DNA of 14,822 nucleotides, from contig DAOVET010000062.1 of assembly GCA_030668825.1 (NCBI GenBank), positions 1 to 14,822 on the forward strand, in the 5' to 3' direction. Positions within the stretch are counted from its first letter, which is position 1, and every line of letters starts with the position of its first letter. Both the position numbers and the translations under genes were made by a program. Below the pieces are notes generated by a model that was not told the origin of the DNA, did no database searches, and saw only the letters and a list, made by a program, of their open reading frames with translations. Positions 1 to 7,437 of this stretch are shown piece by piece. This stretch comes from Candidatus Heimdallarchaeota archaeon (lineage in GTDB: Archaea > Asgardarchaeota > Heimdallarchaeia > Heimdallarchaeales > Heimdallarchaeaceae).

Positions 1-1447
1 CGATGGTGCAACTATCCTTAAGGAAATAGAAGTAAGTCATCCAGCTGCCAAATTTGTTATTGATCTAGCTAAAACCCAAGATCAAGAAACAGGCGATGGT
101 ACAACCACTGTTGTAGTTATTGCTGGTGAATTACTCAAACAAGCTGAAGAATTATTAGATTTGGATATTCATCCTACTTCTATTATTGAAGGTTATAGAT
201 TATCTCGTTTTCAAGCTGATAAGATACTGGAAGAAATGGCAATTGATGTTGCTTTTGAAGATGATAAAATCCTAAGAGCTGTTGCTGATACTTCTATGTC
301 GTCTAAAATAGTTAGCGGAGAGAAGGGTCCCCTTTCAGAAATCGTTGTTAAAGCAGTAAAATCTGTTACTGAGGACATAGATGGGGAATTAGTAGCTGAT
401 ATTGATAATATTCAAATTCAGAAGAAAAAAGGTGGAAGCTTAGTTGATACTGAATTGATTGACGGCATTATTCTAGACAAAGAATTTGTACATGCAGATA
501 TGCCTAAGAAAATTGATGATGCAAAGATTCTGTTGTTAGACAAGGGTTTAGAACTAAGTAAAACTGAAATTGATGCCAAGATTAACATCACTAGTCCAGA
601 TCAAATCCAAGCATTTCTTGATAGTGAACATGAAATGTTAAAGGAAATGGCCGATAAAATCATTGCTTCGGGCGCTAATGTGGTTCTTTGTCAAAAAGAT
701 ATTGATAATATTATTCAACACTATCTAGCCAAGAAAGGAATTGGTGCAGTTAGAAGAATCAAGAAAAGTGATATGGAAAAACTAGCCAAAGCCACTGGTG
801 CGCAAATCACCACAAGTTTGGATGATCTTGAAGGCTACATTGGTAAAGCTCAGGTTGCTGAAGAAAAAGCTATTGCAGACGATAAGATGATTTTCATAAC
901 TGGTTGTGAGAATCCTAAAGCTGTTTCTATCATCATTAGAGGGGGAACAGAAATGATTGTAGATGAAGCTGAAAGAGCAATTCATGATGCTTTATGTGTT
1001 GTTCGTCAGGTTATTCATGACAAGAAAGTTGTTCCAGGTGGTGGAGCTCCAGAATTAAGGATTAGCCATAAACTTGGTGATTTCGCAATGGGTCATACCA
1101 GTAAAGTTCAATTAGCAATCGAAAAGTTTGCCAAAGCAATGGAAATTATTCCAAGAACATTAGCAGAAAATGCTGGATTGGATCCAATAGATGTTCTTTC
1201 TGAACTGCACGTTCAACACGCTAAAGATGGACATGGATATGGTGTGAATCCTTTCAAATCCAAAGTTGATGAAATGATCAAACTTAATGTCTTTGAACCA
1301 ATTTCAGTTAAGAAACAAGCAATCAATAGTGCTGCTGAAGCTGCGGAAATGATTCTCCGAATAGATGATGTCATCGCTGCTAAAGAATTATCAGGTGGTC
1401 CAGCACCTCCAGGTGGTCCTGGTGGTGGAATGGACGAGGATTATTAA
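1..1447 (+). CDS. ths: Thermosome (group II chaperonin) subunit, 5'-truncated by the window edge
   Basis: The frame is open from nt 2 (DGATILKEIEVSHPAAK...QDQETGDGTTTVVV), so the ORF-track start at 161 is not the real start. Contains GDGTTT, IIRGG, ERAIHDA, VPGGGAPE, IPRTLAENAGLD and ILRIDD, plus a Gly/Pro-rich C-terminal tail. Confidence 0.98.
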   Translation, partial: DGATILKEIEVSHPAAKFVIDLAKTQDQETGDGTTTVVVIAGELLKQAEELLDLDIHPTSIIEGYRLSRFQADKILEEMAIDVAFEDDKILRAVADTSMSSKIVSGEKGPLSEIVVKAVKSVTEDIDGELVADIDNIQIQKKKGGSLVDTELIDGIILDKEFVHADMPKKIDDAKILLLDKGLELSKTEIDAKINITSPDQIQAFLDSEHEMLKEMADKIIASGANVVLCQKDIDNIIQHYLAKKGIGAVRRIKKSDMEKLAKATGAQITTSLDDLEGYIGKAQVAEEKAIADDKMIFITGCENPKAVSIIIRGGTEMIVDEAERAIHDALCVVRQVIHDKKVVPGGGAPELRISHKLGDFAMGHTSKVQLAIEKFAKAMEIIPRTLAENAGLDPIDVLSELHVQHAKDGHGYGVNPFKSKVDEMIKLNVFEPISVKKQAINSAAEAAEMILRIDDVIAAKELSGGPAPPGGPGGGMDEDY

Positions 1448-1462
1448 TCCTACCTCCTACTC

Positions 1463-1474
1463 TTTTTTTATTTT
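1463..1474 (+). terminator. Oligo-T tract, probable archaeal intrinsic terminator of the thermosome gene
   Basis: TTTTTTTATTTT about 15 nt after the TAA, in a convergent intergenic gap. Confidence 0.55.
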
Positions 1475-1497
1475 AATTATTATTTAAAACAGAATAT

Positions 1498-1710
1498 TTA
1501 GACTCTATAAGTCTTCAATGCACTTGTTATTTTGTGTAGCATTTCCTCGGTAACTTTGTTTGATTCAAGTTCTACTATTGCTACCCAAGTAGAATAAGCT
1601 GCTTCTCTTACTTCTTTGTTATGATCAGTCATACCATCGACTATGATATCGACTACTTCAGTTGTAAGAGGTAGACCTTCTTTCTTTATTTTGGTTGGAG
1701 TATACGACAT
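1498..1710 (-). CDS. Small (~70 aa) protein with a single HEAT/PBS-like repeat
   Basis: IVDGMTDHNKEVREAAYSTW fits the HEAT consensus LxDxxxxVRxAAxxxL. The ATG at 1710 has a TATA-like TTTTTAAA about 30 nt upstream, and an in-frame TAA just upstream rules out a longer ORF. Confidence 0.6.
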   Translation of the reverse strand: MSYTPTKIKKEGLPLTTEVVDIIVDGMTDHNKEVREAAYSTWVAIVELESNKVTEEMLHKITSALKTYRV

Positions 1711-1836
1711 TTTCCCCAATCTTTACTTATTTTGAATCTTTAAAAATGTTTTTCATGAACGTCTAATTTAGTCAAAATATGCATTGTTAAGTGAAACTAC
1801 ACTATTAGGTTATAATGCAAAAAAAAATAGAGCAAA

Positions 1837-3027
1837 TTATGATGATTTTACTCTTTCAGCAACTGCTTTACCTAGTTGTTTAGCTTGTTCTAAAACTTCA
1901 TCTGTAGGAGAACCTTTAAACTCTAGCAGAGGTTCAACAATTTCCCAATCTAATTCTTTCACCTGATCAGCGGCTTGTTTTAGAGCTCTACCACTCCACA
2001 TATAAGAACCAAAAAAACCAACAATTCTTTCTTTTAGGTCTTTTCTCTTTACGAGGTGCAGATAATATGAAGCATTTAGAAATGGACCACCATCATATGT
2101 TGGAAATCCTAAAATAACTCCTTTGTACTTCCAAGTCTCTTTTATCAAATAACTGAGATGGTCATTAGAGAAATTCAAAACTTTAACGGGAAGACCAGCT
2201 TCTTTAATTCCTTCAACCACATGATTTACAACTTTCGCTGTGTTTCCATACATTGAGCCCCATATAACTACAACACCTGGTATTGCCATCCTATCAGAAA
2301 GATGTATGTACAAATCAATGATTCTTTGAGGATTTTTTCGCCATATAAGTCCATGAGCAGGAGCAATAATTTTGATATCTAATCCTGCTAACTTCTCCAT
2401 TGCCTTCTTGACATACTTAACATATTTTGCTACAATGTTACTGAAATAGCGGATAGTTTCTTCATAGTAAATGTCGGGATCACACTCATCATCAAATAAA
2501 CCAAAATCCAGAGCTTTGTATGATCCAAATGCATCACATGAAAACAGAATTTTATCTTTAGCATCATAAGTAATCATTGTTTCAGGCCAATGAACCAAAG
2601 GATCCATATAGAAAACTAGTTCTCGACCCCCCAAATCCAGTTTTTCACCTTCTTCAACAACATGAATATTTTCAGTTATTCCGTAAAGACTATCGAGCAT
2701 TCCTTCAGCTTTTTTAGAACAGTAAATTGTTGCATTTGGGACTTTTTCTAGAAGACGAGGTAAAGAGCTGCTATGATCGGGTTCAATGTGATTTAGAACA
2801 ATATAATCTATATCAAAAGAGGTAACTTCTTCCACCTTTTTTAGAAATTCATCAATAAAGGGTATTTTTACTGTTTCAATTAGAGCTGTTTTTTCCCCTT
2901 TAACGATGTAGCTGTTGTAACTTACTCCTTCAGGAATAGGCCAAAGCCCTTCAAATAATTTTGTTAAATGATCATTTACACCAACATAATACACATCAGG
3001 AACTACTTCTTTCATTTTTATCAACAT
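1837..3027 (-). CDS. fprA: Flavodiiron protein (FprA / A-type flavoprotein, O2/NO reductase family)
   Basis: Metallo-beta-lactamase diiron ligands HIEPDH, HWPE, SCDAFG and PAHG. C-terminal flavodoxin motifs SMYGNT, FPTY and FGSYMWSG. The start is probably ATG 3027 or 3015 rather than GTG 3090. Confidence 0.95.
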   Translation of the reverse strand: MLIKMKEVVPDVYYVGVNDHLTKLFEGLWPIPEGVSYNSYIVKGEKTALIETVKIPFIDEFLKKVEEVTSFDIDYIVLNHIEPDHSSSLPRLLEKVPNATIYCSKKAEGMLDSLYGITENIHVVEEGEKLDLGGRELVFYMDPLVHWPETMITYDAKDKILFSCDAFGSYKALDFGLFDDECDPDIYYEETIRYFSNIVAKYVKYVKKAMEKLAGLDIKIIAPAHGLIWRKNPQRIIDLYIHLSDRMAIPGVVVIWGSMYGNTAKVVNHVVEGIKEAGLPVKVLNFSNDHLSYLIKETWKYKGVILGFPTYDGGPFLNASYYLHLVKRKDLKERIVGFFGSYMWSGRALKQAADQVKELDWEIVEPLLEFKGSPTDEVLEQAKQLGKAVAERVKSS

Positions 3028-3201
3028 TTGTGGTTTAATTCTGATTAATTCAAAGTCTCTGTTTAGAGGTTTAACCTCAAAATCAATCACTATAAACTCA
3101 AGGGTTGAATTTAAAAAATTTTAGGTTTTTTCAAACATTTTAAAAACACTCTTCTAACCAAAATTCTTAACTAGTTTAACAAAATAGTATCTTTGTATAA
3201 A

Positions 3202-4149
3202 ATGGAACTCAAAGGGATAGATAAACAAATTCTCCAGAAGTTAAAAGAGTCAAAACTCAATTTGGAAAATATTGCTGTTTCAACTTCTAACGAGTTGATT
3301 AGAAAGGTTGAAATTAGTAAGAAAGATGCGATAAAAGTAATAGAAGCTGCACAAAACAAACTAGGAATCCAACCAGTTACAGCTTTACAGTTTCTAGAGG
3401 CAGAAGGTAAAAGGGGTAAAATCACCACTTCATCCTCAGAATTCGATGGAATACTAGGTGGAGGGATCTGGACACAAGAACTGACTGAAATTGCAGGTGG
3501 ATTTGGTTCAGGTAAAACTCAACTATGTTTTCAGCTATGTATCAATGTTCAACTTCCTTTTGATGAAGGAGGATTAGAAGGAAATGCATTCTATATTGAT
3601 ACTGAGAGAACTTTTTCTCCGAAAAGAATTGTCGAGATGGCAACTTATAGAGAATTGGAAGTAGAGAAAATCCTTGAAAATATCTATATAAATTCTGCAC
3701 TTAATACACATCATCTTTTTAGTATAGTTGATACTCTTGATGAGATAATTCAAAAAAAGAACATTAAACTGCTTATAGTTGATTCTTTTGCTTCCCATTT
3801 TAGATCTGAATATATAGGTAAAGAGAGATTAGTTGAGAGACAACAAAGAATTATGCAAATCGCAGAAAAACTGATTGCATTAGCAGTAAAACATGATCTT
3901 GCTGTTGTAGTAACTAATCAAATTATGGCAAATGTTGAAGAGTTTCTTTTTGGAAGTCCTGAAGAACCAGCTCTAGGTTTTGCATGGGCTCATAGACCTC
4001 AACAAAGAATATTTTTGAGAAAATCAAGGGGAAGCTCAAGAATAGCAAGATTATTTGATAGTTCCAGAATGCCAGAAAGAGAGGCATTATTCTATGTCAC
4101 AGAAAGTGGATTAACTGACTCACCATTTTCTTCAGATTTCTATTCGTAA
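3202..4149 (+). CDS. RadA/Rad51-family recombinase paralog (N-terminal HhH domain plus RecA core)
   Basis: Walker A GGFGSGKTQ, YIDTE, Walker B LLIVDS, FRSEY, VVTNQ and LRKSRG. The FxxA and L2-adjacent motifs are divergent, so I do not call it canonical radA. ATG at 3202 is preferred to TTG at 3193. Confidence 0.93.
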   Translation: MELKGIDKQILQKLKESKLNLENIAVSTSNELIRKVEISKKDAIKVIEAAQNKLGIQPVTALQFLEAEGKRGKITTSSSEFDGILGGGIWTQELTEIAGGFGSGKTQLCFQLCINVQLPFDEGGLEGNAFYIDTERTFSPKRIVEMATYRELEVEKILENIYINSALNTHHLFSIVDTLDEIIQKKNIKLLIVDSFASHFRSEYIGKERLVERQQRIMQIAEKLIALAVKHDLAVVVTNQIMANVEEFLFGSPEEPALGFAWAHRPQQRIFLRKSRGSSRIARLFDSSRMPEREALFYVTESGLTDSPFSSDFYS

Positions 4150-4215
4150 ACAGTATTAAAAAACAATGAATACAGCAACAAGATGTTAAGATAGAATTAG
4201 AAGTAGGGGTGGGAT

Positions 4216-4518
4216 TTAGCTACTTTCTGTAGCCTTAGCTGAGGTTGCTGAATATACTTTAGTTCTTCTTGAAGCAACTATTAGTTCAATAATTTTGTTT
4301 TCTTCAGCTTCACGCAAGAATTTCTTTGCTGTGCTTACTCTGATATTGAATTTATCAGACAAATAAGCAGGAGTAATCCCTTTAGCTCTTCGAATCTCTG
4401 CATCTATTTTCTTCTTTGTCTCTTCATCAGGAGTAAGATCACGAATTGTGGGGATGAATTCCACTACGAGACCAAATTTTTTCTTCTTTCTGATTACTTT
4501 TCTTTCTCGTGAAGACAT
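4216..4518 (-). CDS. rps25e: 30S ribosomal protein S25e (eS25)
   Basis: 100 aa with a basic N-terminus and winged-helix signature ITPAYLSDKFNIRVSTAKKFLREAEENKII...SRRTKVY. Confidence 0.92.
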   Translation of the reverse strand: MSSRERKVIRKKKKFGLVVEFIPTIRDLTPDEETKKKIDAEIRRAKGITPAYLSDKFNIRVSTAKKFLREAEENKIIELIVASRRTKVYSATSAKATESS

Positions 4519-4641
4519 TTATCTCGTTTTTGCGTTTATGTGCTGACTTTTAAGTTATTCGATTGAATTGTTTTTGTGGTCTGCATATCGAAGAGAGAAT
4601 ACTGAAACATTCCCCGAAGATTCTTTTCATTAACCACAACT

Positions 4642-4661
4642 TTGATAATATTCTCTATCAA
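4642..4661. promoter_or_regulatory. Inverted repeat TTGATA-N8-TATCAA over the likely promoter of the 4670 gene; putative operator
   Basis: Perfect 6-bp arms, extendable with AAC/GTT and one bulge, ending 8 nt before the ATG at 4670. Confidence 0.4.
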
Positions 4662-4669
4662 GTTTTCTT

Positions 4670-5665
4670 ATGGATAAGCTGGAAATCCTTCTACAAACTT
4701 TCAAAGGACTAAATGATGAATATCCTCTTTTCAGTCTATGGAAACATTTTCCGAATATTGACAGAAATCCTTACCAACTTGCTGAAACTCATGTAGAATT
4801 CTATAATAAGCACAAATTCGACTTAATGAAAATATCTCCTCATGGTAGGTTTCCTGTTGTTGATTATGGATGTGTTATAGCAAAGGATTATGATCCCATT
4901 ACAGGAAGTACAAGCTGTGAGAGCTGTTGTATCGCTACAGTTGATGACTGGGAATCATTAGAACCCATAGATGTTGGAGAAGGGGAACTGGGTAAGCAAC
5001 TAAAAACTGTTGAGCTAATCAGCAAGGATTTAGAGAGTTTACCAAAAATGATGACTTTGTTTTCACCCTTAATGGTTGCTTCAAAAATGGATTGTGAGTT
5101 AGTTTCAAACATACGACAAAAACCAAACACAATAAGAGAATCTCTATTTACAATAACCGAGGATATTATTGAATTTGCGAATGCATCAATTGATGCAGGT
5201 GCAGAAGGGATTTTTCTAGCTTCTCAACACTTTAGAAAAACCGATTTAACATGGGAAGAAGTGCTAAAGTTTGAAATACCTTTTATAAAGAAATTATTAT
5301 CAAAAATAAGGAGTAAGGTTGAGTTCATTGTAATGCACGTCCATGGACAGGATATACGTTTCAAAGAAGCAGCTGAATTGATGGAAGTTGATGCCTTAAA
5401 TTGGCATGACAGATTGACATGGCCTGGAATAGAGGAAGCAGCAGACATATTTCCAAAAGGATTACTTGCCGGTATTGATGAAACGAGAACTTTAGTTGAT
5501 GGAAAACCTGACGACATAAAGAATAATATCCTTGATGCACTGAAAAAATCAACAGAAAATGATAATAGAGTCATTATTGCGCCAGGATGTGTAATTCCCA
5601 TAACTGCTCCAGATGAAAATATAGAAATTATTTCCCAAACAGTTAGAAAAACTAGAAAAGGATAG
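4670..5665 (+). CDS. Uroporphyrinogen decarboxylase / MtaA-CmuA superfamily (URO-D-like TIM barrel) protein
   Basis: WKHFP near the N-terminus, TLFSPL, AGAEGIFLA, MHVHG, LNW, LAGID and IIAPGCVIP...PDENI. It lacks the HemE RQAGR motif, so I do not call it hemE. Confidence 0.85.
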   Translation: MDKLEILLQTFKGLNDEYPLFSLWKHFPNIDRNPYQLAETHVEFYNKHKFDLMKISPHGRFPVVDYGCVIAKDYDPITGSTSCESCCIATVDDWESLEPIDVGEGELGKQLKTVELISKDLESLPKMMTLFSPLMVASKMDCELVSNIRQKPNTIRESLFTITEDIIEFANASIDAGAEGIFLASQHFRKTDLTWEEVLKFEIPFIKKLLSKIRSKVEFIVMHVHGQDIRFKEAAELMEVDALNWHDRLTWPGIEEAADIFPKGLLAGIDETRTLVDGKPDDIKNNILDALKKSTENDNRVIIAPGCVIPITAPDENIEIISQTVRKTRKG

Positions 5666-5671
5666 AGGGCG

Positions 5672-6328
5672 ATGAGCATGGAAGAAGAAGAGATTATTAT
5701 TGCTAAACAAGCAACTAGATTTGGGTGGAAAGATTTTATCATCAACCTTCTTTTTAGCTTGATAATGATATCAAGTTTTGTTGTTTTTGTGATTTGGGAT
5801 AGTCCAGCCAGCGATGATATTACAGATTGGTTACTAAGAATTTCAGTTACTTTACTTCCTCTGTTTATTTTTATCAACAGAACAATTAAGGAATTTTTCT
5901 ATACCAAAGACTTCATCAAAATCGTAGGTGTAGAAATACATTATCGTTCAACACCGCTTTTGATGACTGGATATAGGACAAAGAAAGGAAAAATACTAGT
6001 TAAAGAAGTAAGAAGATATGGTTTGTCACGCATTCCTAGAAAACTATCATTGGATATGTGGAGAAAATATAGAAACAAAGCTATGCTTGTGATACAACTA
6101 CGAAGTGGAAAAGAATTTTTTGTTGGTGAGTTCATTTCTAATGAAGATTTATCAGAAATCATTCTTCACATCAAGCATATGCACCCAAAAGCAAAGTTTT
6201 CTACAAACTTAAGAGAAGAAATTCCTGAATTAGCAAAGAAGGAAAAGGAATTAATAAAATCTAAGAAGGTTAAGAAGATAGAGGATTTTGATGATGAACC
6301 TGAGGGTACAGGATATAGAAAACGATGA
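5672..6328 (+). CDS. Membrane protein: two N-terminal TM helices plus a probable cytoplasmic PH-like domain and charged tail
   Basis: Hydrophobic segments FIINLLFSLIMISSFVVFVIW and WLLRISVTLLPLFIFI, then a beta-rich region ending LVIQLRSGKEFFV and an amphipathic helix, as in bacterial-type PH domains. Starts 6 nt after the previous gene. Confidence 0.65.
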   Translation: MSMEEEEIIIAKQATRFGWKDFIINLLFSLIMISSFVVFVIWDSPASDDITDWLLRISVTLLPLFIFINRTIKEFFYTKDFIKIVGVEIHYRSTPLLMTGYRTKKGKILVKEVRRYGLSRIPRKLSLDMWRKYRNKAMLVIQLRSGKEFFVGEFISNEDLSEIILHIKHMHPKAKFSTNLREEIPELAKKEKELIKSKKVKKIEDFDDEPEGTGYRKR

Positions 6329-6375
6329 GAAGAATATCCTAGCTTTTATTAATGAAATTCGTAGATTGTAAATAG

Positions 6376-7437
6376 ATGGCTAACAAATCATCAAGCTTTG
6401 CTAGTGATAAAAGAAATATTGCCGTATTAGATTTTGGAGTGACATCACTTAAAATAGTAATAGTTGACCCTACTCATCCAGAAGAACCTTTCCATTCCCA
6501 AAGAATTTATCTTCCTTTAAGAATGAAAAAAGAGGAAATCGAAGGAGATTTAAAGACTATTTTACGATCCTATGCTGATTATAATATCCGAAAGTTTATT
6601 TTAACTACTACTAATCCTCTTTTTGCTTCAGCAAAAGAAACTGTGGAATTCATTATTAATTCAGTTACTAAATTCATACAACCTTCGAATATTGTTATTT
6701 ACACACATGATGATGAATTTGTATCTATTAAACAAGCTTTAGAAAATCCTTCTAAAGTGGTTTCAGTAGGATGGAGGGCACTTGGAATAGGATTATGGCA
6801 AATGATAAAGCAGGAAGGTTTGGTAGTTGATTTTTCAACAAGAAGTACAAGTTTTATCCCTATTCGAGAAGGAAAAATACTCTCCAACTCTAAAACAGAC
6901 CATGATCGATTGAAGAACGATGAGTTGGTTTTTTTGGGATTGATGGAAACAAATGCAGCTTTTATCAATCCTACTTTCGAGTATAATGGAGAAACATACA
7001 ACCTCCCATTTGAAACTCACGCGATAACTGCGGACATTTTTACAATAACAGAGGATATACGGTCATCTGATTATATTACAAATACACCAGACAAAAAAGC
7101 AAAATTCAAAGAAGATGCCTTGAATAGAGTGAAGAGCATGTTTTGCATTGTTGATGAATTTGTTGATGAACTAGACTTAATCAAGATTGCTCACTTATTA
7201 AAGGTGAGAATGCTTGAAAAAATCAATCAGATAATAAAAAAGAAGAAGGAAGAATATCAACTGAATAAAATTATTGTCACAGGAGTTGGAGCGAATATTC
7301 TTTACCAATATCTATTGGAGAAGGATGAATATAGTAATTTAAGTAGAGCAGCAGATATTATTAAAACAGCAGAAATAAATCCTTCATTTAGTTTAGCTTA
7401 TATTTATGCATCCAAAAAGATGATGGCAAATGACTGA
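6376..7437 (+). CDS. MfnF-like (H4MPT-linked C1 pathway / hydantoinase-A-like, ASKHA fold) protein with degenerate motifs
   Basis: VLDFG..K (phosphate 1), VVD.....FIPIREG (phosphate 2), TDHDRLKNDELVFLG, AITAD, DY..NTPD, VTGVG and terminal INPSFSLA are collinear with the MfnF/MJ0840-type family. Confidence 0.8.
   Translation: MANKSSSFASDKRNIAVLDFGVTSLKIVIVDPTHPEEPFHSQRIYLPLRMKKEEIEGDLKTILRSYADYNIRKFILTTTNPLFASAKETVEFIINSVTKFIQPSNIVIYTHDDEFVSIKQALENPSKVVSVGWRALGIGLWQMIKQEGLVVDFSTRSTSFIPIREGKILSNSKTDHDRLKNDELVFLGLMETNAAFINPTFEYNGETYNLPFETHAITADIFTITEDIRSSDYITNTPDKKAKFKEDALNRVKSMFCIVDEFVDELDLIKIAHLLKVRMLEKINQIIKKKKEEYQLNKIIVTGVGANILYQYLLEKDEYSNLSRAADIIKTAEINPSFSLAYIYASKKMMAND

Noticed and set aside
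4670-5665. Calling the gene hemE
   Set aside because: The substrate-binding RQAGR motif is absent.
6376-7437. Actin/Arp-like reading of GLVVD...IPIREG and IIVTG
   Set aside because: These are generic ASKHA motifs. The family-specific blocks (TD.DRL...ELV, AITAD, TPD) point to the MfnF family, not actin.
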